The notes under the pieces are model-generated. The model saw only the letters and a program-made list of their open reading frames with translations, was not told where the DNA came from and ran no database searches. Below, in pieces: positions 41,220 through 51,338 of a stretch of DNA of 64,000 bases. Position 1 is the stretch's first letter, and every line of letters starts with the position of its first letter. The translations under genes and the position numbers were made by a program. This DNA is from an uncultured Gemmatimonadaceae bacterium (GTDB lineage Bacteria > Gemmatimonadota > Gemmatimonadetes > Gemmatimonadales > Gemmatimonadaceae): assembly GCA_963751275.1 (NCBI GenBank), contig CAVVTZ010000014.1, forward strand, positions 32,001-96,000, given 5' to 3'.

Positions 41220-44200
41220 GGTGCCTTCTTCGTGACGGTGAAGAGCCCGCCGTCGCTCCGGCCGTGCACCGCGGGATTGTACATCTCCTCCGCGTGCGCG
41301 GGCGGCCGCACGAAGACGCCCGGCGTCGTCGCGCGCGCGATGTAGCTCGCGGTATACGTGCCGCGCCAGAGATACGTCGCGAAATAGACCACGCGGTCGT
41401 CGCGCATCTCGCGATGATCGAAGGGCGACCACCAGCCGCCGTCCCACCATCCATAGTACCACCAACTCTCGCCGCCCCCCTCGCGCTCCATGTCCTGCTG
41501 ATCCTCTCCGCGCTGCCGCTCGCGCTCGGCGCTGCCGGGCCCCGCGCCGATCGCGCTCGTGCGCAGCGACAGGTCCACCGCCTCGAGGCCCGCGGGGAGC
41601 GCGTCGTCGAGCACCACGAACTCCCGGTCGGTGGGCACGGTGATGCGCAGCCGCACGCGCACGAGATCGCCCTCGGCCACGCTCACGGTGGGCTTCCCGC
41701 CGTCGAACGACTCGTACCAGCGCTCCACCTGGATACCGGCCTGATCCGGCGTGACCGGGCGCTTGAGCGGCACCTCGCTCACGGTGAGGAAATAGTACGC
41801 GACCCCCTGCGACGTCTCGCCCGGTGAATCGAGCGACAGGATCAGCGGACGCGTATCGCCGGTAGTGGAGCCGAGCAGCCCGTGCAGCGTGAGCGACGAG
41901 TCCTTCGGCAGGCGCGACAGCGGCGCCGGCGACGTGCCCGGCTTCACCACCACCGCCACCGGCCCATTCTTCGCCGCGACATTGAGCAGCACCTGATTGC
42001 CCGCGCCGCCGCGCACGCGTACCCGGCGCGACGCGGAGCCGTTCGTGACCCGCTCGAACGTCGCGAGCGCGCTCACCGCCGACGCGAGGTCCTGGCCGCT
42101 CCAATACCATCCGCTCGCGCCGGCGCCGCTGATCTGCGCGAGGGACTCGACCATCGGCGCGATGAGCGGGTTCGTCTTGTCGATGAGCACGGTGGCCACG
42201 AGCAGGCGCGCCATTGGCCGCATGCGCGACGAGAAGTAGAAGTTCGTGCGCACCGAATCCGGCAGCGCAGCCTTGCGTCCTTCCACGGTGACCAGCGCCC
42301 AGGCCGGCATCATCAATTGCCGCGCCGTGACCAGGTCGCCGCGGCGCGCGATCATCTCGGCGAGGCGCAAGCGGTCCTCGAAGGATATCTGCGCCGCGTT
42401 CCGCAGCAGCGAATTCTCCGTGGGCACGTCCGCCTTGCCCATGCGGCTGAGCAGGTCGGCCGCGGCCACCTGGTCGCCCAGCGCCGTCCATCGCTCTCCA
42501 TAGTAGTTCGATACCGGCACGTTCAGCGTCTGCGGCGCGCGCATCGCGTCGCCGAGGTACTTCGCGAGCCGCGCCATCACCGAATCGTCCACCGCGACGC
42601 CGACGCTCTTCGCATCCACGAGCACTTCGCCGGCGTATGCGCTCAGCCACGGCGTGGTCCAGTCGGTGGACGACCAGTAACCGATGCCGCCGTCTCCGCG
42701 CTGCCGCGCACTGAGCACTTCGACGGCCTTCTCGATCTCGCGCTTCGGATCGCCGCGTACGATCGAGTCGGCCGGGATCGTCTTGCCCAGCGCGCGCTGC
42801 GCCTGATAGAGCGCGATGAGCACGCGCGCCTCGCTGCTCACCTGCTCGCTGCAGTCGTACGGATAGACTTCCATCTGCCAGTAGGCCGCGCGCACGAGCG
42901 CGAGCGGCGACGGGCCCACGCTCAGGTACAAGCGCGAGCGGTCGGGATCGATGCCGGCCGGCAGCGTGAACACCGCCGTCGCCGTGTCGGTGAGCACGCC
43001 CGCGATCGTGTACGAGCGCGGATGATAGTCCGGCTTGATCGGCACGCGCACGCGCACCGCGTCCGCGTTGGTGCCGTCGGTGACATCGAAGCGGAAGCTC
43101 GCGCTGTCGCCCTGCCCCGGCGGGATGCTCGCCGTGCCGGGCAGCGCGCGGAATCCGAAGCGCACTTCGCGCCCGCGCCCCTGCTCCAGCGTCACCGTCT
43201 GATCCGCCGGCGTGGTGAGCGTGATGTTCTCCGCCGACGCGGTCACCTTCACCGTGGGCGTGCCGCCCGCGCGCTGGTTGATCACCGCGCCCGCGGCGAA
43301 CTCGTCGGCCGCGCGCACGAAGCGCGGCAGCGCCGGCCGCGCGAGCAGCGGCCGCGTCACCAGCATCGGCGACTGTCCGCTGCCGTAGCGGTCGCCCTGC
43401 GTCACGGCCACCGCCATCACGCGGAAGGTCGTGAGATTGTCCGGCAGCTTCGCGCGCGCTGTTGCCGCGCCGGTGGAATCGGTGATCACCGATCCCAGGA
43501 AGAACGCCGTCGTGCGGAAGCGCGAGCGCAGCACGCCCGCGAGCGCGGCGCCACCGCCGCCGCCGGGCTCGCGCCCGCCCTTGAGCCCCTCCGGGATCTG
43601 CGGCGCCACCGCCACGAGATTGCTCGCGAGCCGCATCCCGATCCCGCGCTCCGCGAAGAGCAGATCGATCGGATCGGGCGTCTTGTAACCCGTCAACGCG
43701 AGCACCCCTTCGTCCACCGCCCAGAGAGTGACCTCGGCGCGCTGCCCCTTCCCCTTCGCATCGCGCACCATGATCGCCACGCGAGCCGTATCGCCGGGGC
43801 GGTATTCGGTCTTCGTCGGGATCGCGTCCACCTTGAGCCGCTTCATCTCCGGTGTCACGCGCAGCTCCGCGTAGCCCACGCGAATGGTGGGACGCCCCGG
43901 ATCATCCGCCGGCCCGCGCGGCGCCGAGCGCCCGCGCGCCACCACGATCGACACGAACGCGTTCGGCGCGTACGCCTCGGTGATCGGGAACTTGAGCTTC
44001 GTCGCCCCCGACGTGATGGTGAACCGCCGCTGCTCGATGATCCCCTCGCGCTCCACCGTGACCCAGGCTTCCGCGTTCGTGAACGGCGCCGCGAACATCA
44101 CGCTCGCGGTGTCGCCCACGCTGTAGCGCGCCTTGTCGGGGATCACGTCCATTTTGAATTGCGACTCGTCGTTCCACGGCACCCAATCGCTGCCCGTGGC

Positions 44201-47074
44201 CCAGCGGTTGAACGACGTCTCGGCGACGCGTCCCTGGGCATCCGTGGCGTTGAACGTCACCGCGTACTCACCGCCCCCCGGCGGCGTGAACGTGCACGAT
44301 GCCGCCGGCGCCGCGGTAGTCGCGTCGCAATGCGCCACCGTGTCCGACACCCAATCGCCCACGGTCTCGGTGATGCCGTCGCGAACGCGCCGCACCTGGT
44401 GCCACTCCTTGCGCACCACGATCCCCTTCACGCTCACGCCGGGCACGCGCGTGCCGTTCGAGCGCGCCGCGATGATCTCCACCTTCACCGGTGTGCCCGC
44501 GGTCCAGAACCACGAGTCGCCGAGCGGCCGCACGCCAATGTAGAACGACGCGGGCTGCACGGTGAACGAGGTGCTCGCGCCCACCACCTGTCGGTTCACG
44601 TCGGTCACCACCGCCTCGACCGTCACGCGGGCGGCGCGCCCCTTGTCCGTGGCCGGCAGCGTGATGGTGAGCGCGCGCTGCCCAGTCAGGTCCAGGGTGT
44701 CCACGCCGCTGCCCAGGAAGTTCGACTTCCCGCGCTCGCTGTCCTCCTCCCACCACCAGCCGTTGTCGCCGAAGACGAATCCCTCGGTGCCGGGAATGTC
44801 CACGCTCCACACCGGCCGCTGCGTCGCGGTCCACGTCACCACCGCGCGTCCCATCGGCGCGCCGAAGAGATAGCGCGCCTGCACCACCGGCCGCACGGTG
44901 TCGCCGGGGAAGTGCTGCGTACTATCGCCGGAGAGCTGCACCAGGAATTGCGGTGGCCGGTATTCAGCCACGCGGAAGTTCGTGCGCGCGAGACTGCCCC
45001 ATTTCTTCCCCTGTTTCCGCTCGACGTCCACTCCATAGTAGCCGAGCGCCGCGTTCGCGGGGATCGCGAAGGTGGTGCTCGCGGTGCCGAACGCCGAGAG
45101 CTTCGCCGTGCGCGTCCGGATGATCGCGTCCTCGCGGTCGCGGAAGACCCAGCGCACCGAGTCGCCCTTGGGCGGCACCGTGAGGGCGCCGAGCGGTCCG
45201 ACGCGCGCGATGGCCTTGGCGTACACCGTTTCGCCGGGGCGATAGATGCCGCGCTCGGTGAAGACTGCACCGGCCTGCAGCTTGCGGTCATCGCCGGTGG
45301 CCGCGGAGAGGTTGAAGCGCCACGGACTGAGATCGGGATCCCATTCGCTGATCGCGACCACCGCGCGATCCATGCCGAGCGAGGCGGCGACGTAGCCCTC
45401 GAAGCTGGTGTACGACTCTTCCGCGTCGTCCTCGTTGCCGGTGGCCGCCGGATCCTCGGGCGGCTTGTAGCCGGTGAGCCGCGCGAGCCCGGACGAATCC
45501 GTGGTGGCGCGCGCGACGGAGCGGCCCTTGTGGTCGTACAGCACCACCGCCGCGCCGGCGCGCGGCTTCCCATCGTTCACGCCGGTCACCCACACCATCC
45601 CCTCGGCGGCGCCGATCTTCGCGTGCACCGCGAGGTCCGTCACCTGTATGAGCGCCACCGGCGCCTCGGCATCCTGCTCGGCTGCCTCTTTGGGCGTCTG
45701 CACTTTGATCGCCATCAGCGTGGCCGCGTTCGCGCTCCGCTGATTGATGATGGGCAGCTTGAGGTTCGTGACGAGCCCGCGGTCCACGGGCGAGGCGACC
45801 GGAATGCGCTGCACCGAAGCATGTCCGGTCTTGCGCGCGTCCGGCCAGAGATCGCGATAGCTCCAGTTCGCGCGGCTCAGCCATTTCGCTTCCATCGAAT
45901 CCGGGATCTCCACCGTCGTCACGACTAGCGTGTCGACGTTGATGCTCTGGATCGCGAGCGTGGGATAGGTGCTGCGCTCCACCACGAGGCGGCCGAAGGG
46001 ATACTTGATCGCCGCTTCGTAGCCGGTGGTCTGGAAGCCGACGGCCGGATTGCCCACGAGCCGCTGGCCGAAGATGTCGCGCAGCGAGGTGTCGGCGACG
46101 ATCGCGTACACCGTGCGCGGCTTGAGCCGCGCCTCGAGGACCCAGATCTGGCTCTCGGAGGCGGTGTCGCGCAGCGTGAACTTCACCGGCGGGAGGATCT
46201 TCACCGAGCGCGCGACGTCGGCGCCCTTCACCGGCGTTGAGAAGGTGAGGAACGCCGGGCCCGTGGGGCAATCGCGATCGCCGCAGCCGGACTTCGCGAT
46301 CGTGAGCGCGCCGTGGATCGCGAAGGGCCATGCGGTGAACTTGGTGCCCTCGGGCGAACCGAGCTCCTCCGGCACGCGCAGCACGCCGTTGCATCCCACC
46401 GCGAACGGCCCGGGCGGCGCGAGCAGCACCACGCGGCGCATGGAGTCCGCGCCGCGCTCGCGCTGCCATCCGCCGGCGTTGCGGTAGGTCCAATCATCCT
46501 TGTCCGTGATCGCGCGCTGCTTCACCACCTGGAGCCGCACGACGCGCGGCGCCGGGCACGCCGCACTGAGCTCGACCGTCGCCATGTTCGAGAGCTGCGC
46601 TGAATCCACAGGCGCGCTGTACACCACTTCGAAGCGCGTGTCCTGCGGCAGGTTCTCGTTCAGATGGTTGTAGCCCGACGCCGGCGATCCCGTGAGCGCC
46701 GTGGCGCCGCGTACGCGGAAGGTGAACGTGTACGGCGACGCGAGGCGCCCGCCGTCCATCGCCTTGAAATTGTTCGCGACGGTCACGGTGTACGTCGTGT
46801 TCGGCGGGAGATACCCGGACGGCGTGAGGCGGATCGTCACCGGATCGCGCCACTCGATGCGTCCCGCGATCGCGGGACTCACGCTGAGGATCGACTCGGC
46901 CGCCACTGTGTAGTCGAGCGAGCCGGCCACGGGACGATCGAAGGTCACCGTGATGTTCGTCGCCGGCGATGCGACAGCATCGGGCGACGTGCGAAGAACG
47001 TGCAGCTCGGGATCCGCTCCCGAACGCAACGCTGCCGCGACCGCCAACGCGAGAGTGAGACGCGTGGTGATCAC
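41216..47074 (-). CDS. bacterial alpha-2-macroglobulin
   Basis: 1952 aa; TERGIYRPGE, AVDEGVL, LPDNLTTFR, thioester-type YPYDCSEQ and A.AEEMY.P. Confidence 0.93.
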   Translation of the reverse strand: MITTRLTLALAVAAALRSGADPELHVLRTSPDAVASPATNITVTFDRPVAGSLDYTVAAESILSVSPAIAGRIEWRDPVTIRLTPSGYLPPNTTYTVTVANNFKAMDGGRLASPYTFTFRVRGATALTGSPASGYNHLNENLPQDTRFEVVYSAPVDSAQLSNMATVELSAACPAPRVVRLQVVKQRAITDKDDWTYRNAGGWQRERGADSMRRVVLLAPPGPFAVGCNGVLRVPEELGSPEGTKFTAWPFAIHGALTIAKSGCGDRDCPTGPAFLTFSTPVKGADVARSVKILPPVKFTLRDTASESQIWVLEARLKPRTVYAIVADTSLRDIFGQRLVGNPAVGFQTTGYEAAIKYPFGRLVVERSTYPTLAIQSINVDTLVVTTVEIPDSMEAKWLSRANWSYRDLWPDARKTGHASVQRIPVASPVDRGLVTNLKLPIINQRSANAATLMAIKVQTPKEAAEQDAEAPVALIQVTDLAVHAKIGAAEGMVWVTGVNDGKPRAGAAVVLYDHKGRSVARATTDSSGLARLTGYKPPEDPAATGNEDDAEESYTSFEGYVAASLGMDRAVVAISEWDPDLSPWRFNLSAATGDDRKLQAGAVFTERGIYRPGETVYAKAIARVGPLGALTVPPKGDSVRWVFRDREDAIIRTRTAKLSAFGTASTTFAIPANAALGYYGVDVERKQGKKWGSLARTNFRVAEYRPPQFLVQLSGDSTQHFPGDTVRPVVQARYLFGAPMGRAVVTWTATQRPVWSVDIPGTEGFVFGDNGWWWEEDSERGKSNFLGSGVDTLDLTGQRALTITLPATDKGRAARVTVEAVVTDVNRQVVGASTSFTVQPASFYIGVRPLGDSWFWTAGTPVKVEIIAARSNGTRVPGVSVKGIVVRKEWHQVRRVRDGITETVGDWVSDTVAHCDATTAAPAASCTFTPPGGGEYAVTFNATDAQGRVAETSFNRWATGSDWVPWNDESQFKMDVIPDKARYSVGDTASVMFAAPFTNAEAWVTVEREGIIEQRRFTITSGATKLKFPITEAYAPNAFVSIVVARGRSAPRGPADDPGRPTIRVGYAELRVTPEMKRLKVDAIPTKTEYRPGDTARVAIMVRDAKGKGQRAEVTLWAVDEGVLALTGYKTPDPIDLLFAERGIGMRLASNLVAVAPQIPEGLKGGREPGGGGGAALAGVLRSRFRTTAFFLGSVITDSTGAATARAKLPDNLTTFRVMAVAVTQGDRYGSGQSPMLVTRPLLARPALPRFVRAADEFAAGAVINQRAGGTPTVKVTASAENITLTTPADQTVTLEQGRGREVRFGFRALPGTASIPPGQGDSASFRFDVTDGTNADAVRVRVPIKPDYHPRSYTIAGVLTDTATAVFTLPAGIDPDRSRLYLSVGPSPLALVRAAYWQMEVYPYDCSEQVSSEARVLIALYQAQRALGKTIPADSIVRGDPKREIEKAVEVLSARQRGDGGIGYWSSTDWTTPWLSAYAGEVLVDAKSVGVAVDDSVMARLAKYLGDAMRAPQTLNVPVSNYYGERWTALGDQVAAADLLSRMGKADVPTENSLLRNAAQISFEDRLRLAEMIARRGDLVTARQLMMPAWALVTVEGRKAALPDSVRTNFYFSSRMRPMARLLVATVLIDKTNPLIAPMVESLAQISGAGASGWYWSGQDLASAVSALATFERVTNGSASRRVRVRGGAGNQVLLNVAAKNGPVAVVVKPGTSPAPLSRLPKDSSLTLHGLLGSTTGDTRPLILSLDSPGETSQGVAYYFLTVSEVPLKRPVTPDQAGIQVERWYESFDGGKPTVSVAEGDLVRVRLRITVPTDREFVVLDDALPAGLEAVDLSLRTSAIGAGPGSAERERQRGEDQQDMEREGGGESWWYYGWWDGGWWSPFDHREMRDDRVVYFATYLWRGTYTASYIARATTPGVFVRPPAHAEEMYNPAVHGRSDGGLFTVTKKAP

Positions 47075-47234
47075 GGCAGTGTTCCTGCAGAACGGATTTT
47101 CAACGGGCGGTTCGCCACGGTGCTACGGACTCGCGAAAAATGGTGATTGGCGCGCGCACACTATGTGCTATTCGTTCATTCTGCGCAATGCGCAGTTTCG
47201 TTCCTATTTCTCGGGCGGCCAGGCGCGACAGGAC

Positions 47235-47263
47235 TTGCCGAGCGACCCCGAACCGCGCACAAT
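47235..47263 (+). promoter_or_regulatory. candidate leaderless promoter
   Basis: TTGCCG-17 nt-CACAAT-6 nt-ATG(47270), with no Shine-Dalgarno. Confidence 0.45.
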
Positions 47264-47269
47264 CCCACC

Positions 47270-48238
47270 ATGGCCACCGCCAAGAAGAAACGCCCCGCGA
47301 AGAAATCCAAGAAGGCCGGCGCCGCGAAGACCCGCGGGCTCGAAGCGACCAAGCTCACGAGCACCGCCGCCCCCGCCTCCGTCACCGCCGTCGCGGAGCG
47401 AATAGACGCCGACGGCGGCGTGGTGCTCGCCACTTATCGCGATCCCCTCGGCGGGCGCTGGCAGATGCTGGCCTCGCTGCCCATCGACATGGTGGAGCCC
47501 ACGCCGTACCAGCGCGACCTCTCCGACGCGCACGTCGCCCGGCTGGCCGACGCGATCGACAAGCTCGACCGGTTCCTGGATCCCATCGTGGCGGTGCCGG
47601 CGCCCGACGGGAAATACTGGTCGCCCAACGGCTACCACCGGCTGGGGGCGATGCGGCAGCTGGGCGCGAAGGCGATCACCGCGCTGGTGGTGCCCGAGCC
47701 CGAGGTCGCGCACCGGATCCTCGCGCTCAATACCGAGAAGGCGCACAACCTGCGCGAGCGGTCGCTCGAGGTCTCGCGGCTGGCGCAGGCGCTGGCCGAG
47801 CTCGACGACCGGCCGGAGAAGGATTACAGCGAGGAGTTCGAGGAGGCCGCGCTCATCACGCTCGGACTCTGCTACCAGGAGAACGGGCGGTTCTCAGGGG
47901 GCGCCTACCACTCGATCCTCAAGCGGATCGATCAGTTCCTGGGCGCGAAGCTCCCCGCCGCGCTCGAGACGCGGAAGGAGCGCGCCGCCAAGCTGCTCGA
48001 ACTCAACGAGTACGTGAACACCGCCGTGGCGGGGCTCAAGGAGAAGGGGCTCGAGAGTCCCTACCTCAAGGCGTTCGTCGTGTCGCGGATCAACTTCCTG
48101 CGCTTCGTGAAGGAGAAGCACCCGGATTTCGACTCTACTATAGAGAAGCTCCTCAGCTCCGCGAAGAAGTTCAACGTGGGCAACGTGAAGGCCGACCAGG
48201 TGGCGCGGAGCGGCGGCGCGCCGAGCAGCGAGGAGTAG
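47270..48238 (+). CDS. standalone ParB/Srx N-terminal domain protein
   Basis: VEPTPYQRDL, FLDPIVAV, PNGYHRL and LALNTE; Lys-rich N-terminus. Confidence 0.8.
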   Translation: MATAKKKRPAKKSKKAGAAKTRGLEATKLTSTAAPASVTAVAERIDADGGVVLATYRDPLGGRWQMLASLPIDMVEPTPYQRDLSDAHVARLADAIDKLDRFLDPIVAVPAPDGKYWSPNGYHRLGAMRQLGAKAITALVVPEPEVAHRILALNTEKAHNLRERSLEVSRLAQALAELDDRPEKDYSEEFEEAALITLGLCYQENGRFSGGAYHSILKRIDQFLGAKLPAALETRKERAAKLLELNEYVNTAVAGLKEKGLESPYLKAFVVSRINFLRFVKEKHPDFDSTIEKLLSSAKKFNVGNVKADQVARSGGAPSSEE

Positions 48239-48244
48239 GCGGGG

Positions 48245-49182
48245 TCAGTCCACCGGGATCGCCGCGCCCCAGCTGCCATCGGTCTGCTTCACCGAGTACA
48301 TGATGGTGATCTTCGTGATGCCTGGTCCACGCATCCGAAGTAGATCGTCTGGCCGTCGTCCGGCATGCTCGCCTCGGCGGAGAAGGCGCAGCCGGGGATG
48401 ACCACGACGTCCGGCGTCGTCGTGCAGGTGAGCGCCGTCATCTCTGCAGTGCGTGATCCCCTGCGGGCCATTCCAGTACGCGTCGGCGCCCGGGCCGGAG
48501 CGCCAGAACTGATCCTCGTCGCCGGTGGTGTTGATGGGCGCGCCGAGGTCCACGGGGGCGGACCAGACGCCGCCCGACTTCGCGGACATCCAGAGATCCT
48601 TGCCGCCCTGTCCGCCGGCGCGGGTGGACATCCAGACGAGCGTGTCGCCGCCGGGGGTGAGGAACGGATTGTCCTGGACCACGTTGGGGACGTGATCGTT
48701 GATCCCCGGGTCGGTGGCCGGCCCCCAGCTGCCGTCCGGCTGCTTCACCGCGATCACGATGTTGTTCGCGGTGACGCCGTTCCCCTGCAGCCACACAAAC
48801 GTGTTCCCGTTGTCGATCTCCATGCCGCCGGCGTCGCCGTAGGGGCCGTTGAGTCCGAGGGCGACCGGTTCGGACCAACCGCCGCCGGCGAGCTTCGTGG
48901 CGACGTAGATGTCCGACTCATCCCAGGGATTGTTGCTGTGGTGGAGTCCGGGGCGGTCGGGGCCGGTGAGCACGGGCGGGTTCGCGCCCGCGCTCTTGAT
49001 GTACGGCGCGAAGTTGTAGCGCGAGTACATGAAGTAGAGTCGCTGGCCGTCGCGGGAGATGAAGGGCGAGTCGGACCAGCCGGTGCCCGGTGTTGATCGG
49101 CACGGGGGCGGAGGCGGAGTTCGAGTTCGAGCAGGCCGCGAGTGCGACGATCGCGGCGCCGAGCAGGCATTCGGTGATTCAT
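48245..49182 (-). CDS. PD40/TolB-like beta-propeller lipoprotein with several frameshifts
   Basis: Fragments LAACSNS, WSDSPFISRDGQRLYF, GGKDLWMS..WSAPVDLGAPINT and EASMPDDGQTIYF lie in different frames (breaks near 49170, 49085, 48445 and 48325). Confidence 0.6.
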
Positions 49183-49266
49183 CGGGGATGCGCGTTTGAG
49201 AATGGACTCCGCCCTCTTCGCCCTGTACGAGTCCATCGACGCCAGGTTTCGTCTCGCGAAAACGGC

Positions 49267-49392
49267 AACTGCTTTGACAGGATGACAGGATTTTCAGGAC
49301 AACAACGGGATGTACGACACTGCGCTCGTTCGAGTGCAGTGTCGGACATCCCGTTGTTGTCCTGAAAATCCTGTAATCCTGTCAAAGCAGTT
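49267..49392. repeat. palindromic element, family A
   Basis: AACTGCTTTGACAGGATGACAGGATTTTCAGGAC ... GTCCTGAAAATCCTGTAATCCTGTCAAAGCAGTT; near-perfect ~62-bp arms. Confidence 0.92.
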
Positions 49393-49777
49393 AGCGCTTC
49401 TTCGCTTTGGCCTTGGCTTTCTCACGGCTCTCCTTCACCCGGAACTTCACGATGCGCGCGATGAGGCCATATGGAATCGGCTCGTCGAGATCGAAGCGCA
49501 CGGTGCCCCTCGCCGTGGCGTAGCCGGCCAGCTCCTTCTTGAAGGCGCGGATGGGCGCGCTGGTAGGGAAGAAGCTGACGTGATGCTTGAATCCGCCGAA
49601 GTACACAAGATTCCCATGCAGCTTGAAGACGGGGATCCCGTAGCTGATCCCCTCCTCGGCGCCGGGCGCGGCCTTCTTGATCGTGGCACGCATCTTCTTG
49701 AGCACCGCCTGCACATCGCGCGGGAAGCGCGCGATGTAGGCGTCGATGTCCTTGGCGGGAGCTTGACCCATCCTCAT
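49391..49777 (-). CDS. DUF1801/YdhG-like protein
   Basis: IDAYIA, AAPGAEEGISYGIP, FKHHVSFFP and GTVRF..PIPYGLI. Confidence 0.88.
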   Translation of the reverse strand: MRMGQAPAKDIDAYIARFPRDVQAVLKKMRATIKKAAPGAEEGISYGIPVFKLHGNLVYFGGFKHHVSFFPTSAPIRAFKKELAGYATARGTVRFDLDEPIPYGLIARIVKFRVKESREKAKAKAKKR

Positions 49778-50207
49778 CGCTGCACCTCCCAGGGTGAGAC
49801 CGGGCCCGGCGTGATCCGGAACAACGGATGCGCGTCGGGCGCGGCGATCGAGCGCCATGCTCGGTGAATCGTGGGGCTGCGAGACTTCAGTTTGCGCATC
49901 AGATGTCGCCATTCATAGTCGCGCTGTCCCGCGGTGGCCGCGAGTCGCACGCGTGAGCGCACGGCGCCTACCTTGCGCGCGTCGAACGCATAGCCGCGCT
50001 CGCGCGATTCGTCGAGCACGGCGCGCGAGGTAGGCGTTGATCGCGGAACGCGGCGCGGGGTGCTGCTGGAAGCGAATGAGCTGCGGGTGGTGGCGGTAGC
50101 CGCGCGTCTCGCCGCGCAGCACGGCGCGCGCGAGCAGCGCCTCGCGCCAGAGTGCGACGAGACCCTGCGGGTCGAGATACTTGGGGATGCAGCGTCCAGA
50201 GGCGCAC
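49774..50207 (-). CDS. pyrimidine dimer DNA glycosylase / T4 endonuclease V-like protein, frameshifted near 50185 and 50025
   Basis: Reconstructed MRLWTLHPKYLDPQGLVALWREALLA..GYRHHPQL.RF..RGYAFD..YEWRHL..KL..R. Confidence 0.75.
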
Positions 50208-50209
50208 GC

Positions 50210-50997
50210 TCAGTATCTCGCGGGCGCGTAGCGTTTCGCGAGCAAGCCGGTCGCGGCGGAGAGATCGAGATCGTACACGAGCACGCCCGGCTCGCCGTAC
50301 GGGAGATGCGCGACGCACTCTCCATTCGGCGCGATGATGCTCGTCGCGGCCTCCTGGAATCGCAGCGCGTAGTTCACGGACGCGAAGTAGATCGTGTTCT
50401 CGATGCTGCGCATCATCATCGCGCGCTCGTAGTACGGCGCCTCGGTCGATCCCCACTTCGTGAGCGTGATGCCCCGCGGTCTCGCTGCCCGTGTGCTGCG
50501 GATGGAAGACGACCTGCGCGCCGCGCGTCGCGGCCCAACGCACGGTCTCGGGATAGCGCCAGCCTTCATGGCAGATCGCGATGCCGAACTTCAGTCCATT
50601 GATCTCGAAGAGTTTTCGGGAATCTCCCGGCACGTAATTCGATTCCTCGCTCGGATCGAGCTGCGTCTTGATCTGCATGCCGAGCGATTCCCCGCGAGCG
50701 TCGATCACCGCCGCGGCGATCTGCCGGCCGGTGGGAGCACTCACCTCTAGGCCGAGTATCACGGCGATGTGGTGCTCACGCGCGAGCTGCGCGACATCGC
50801 GGAGCACGCGCGCCTGCGATCGCCTCGTCCCATGAGATCACCTCGAAATCCTGCCCGCGCAGGCCGGGCAGGTACGCCTCGGGAAAGCAGACGATCTTCG
50901 CGCCGCGCGCCGAGGCGTCGGCCATCGCGGTGGCGATCTTCGCGAAGCCGTCGTCGAGACTCGTGGCGGGCCGCGGCGACGCGAGCGCGACCTTCAC
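50210..50997 (-). CDS. carbon-nitrogen hydrolase (nitrilase superfamily), frameshifted near 50815 and 50475
   Basis: VCFPEAYLPG, QIKTQL, GIAICHEG and RSIENTIYFASVN across three frames. Confidence 0.82.
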
Positions 50998-51263
50998 TGC
51001 GCGAATCGTTCCGCCGCGCGCGCCCGCGCCTTGGCCGCTTCCTCTTCGCGGTTCCGGGGCGGCGCGTTCGTCTGCAGGGAGTCGAGCAGCGTGCGCGAGA
51101 TCACCGCGATCTCCTCGACGGCGGCGGTGAAGGCCGCTTCGTTCGCCCTCGAGGGCGTGTTGAAGCCGCTCACCTTGCGCACGAACTGCAGCGAGGCCGC
51201 GCGGATCTCATCGTCGGTGACGGGCGGCGCGAAATTGTACAGCGTCTTGATGTTCCGGCACAT
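50994..51263 (-). CDS. DUF2277 family protein
   Basis: MCRNIKTLYNFAPPVTDDEIRAASLQFVRKVSG. Confidence 0.88.
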   Translation of the reverse strand: MCRNIKTLYNFAPPVTDDEIRAASLQFVRKVSGFNTPSRANEAAFTAAVEEIAVISRTLLDSLQTNAPPRNREEEAAKARARAAERFAQ

Positions 51264-51338
51264 GGGCGCGCTCCATTGAGTGCTCCGGGCGGCGGCATTC
51301 GCGCGCCCGAAGACTCAATGTATCCGGCGGCGGCGGGA

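Noticed and set aside
38868..42650. 1260-aa extended PBP1C
   Set aside because: The N-terminal extension overlaps A2M out of frame. The real start is the GTG at 41219, coupled to the A2M stop.
41882..45928. 1348-aa plus-strand ORF and other long antisense or overlapping ORFs (e.g. 3942..5639, 21262..22842, 61711..63390)
   Set aside because: Arg/Ala-rich shadow frames of real genes, as expected in high-GC DNA.
30390..49393. Integron attC sites (gene stops in TAAC at 30390 and 49393, with GTT at the far ends)
   Set aside because: No integrase in the window, flanking genes are not a co-oriented cassette array, and the arms are too perfect or periodic, lacking clear attC L-box extrahelical bases. 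An IntegronFinder run would settle it.
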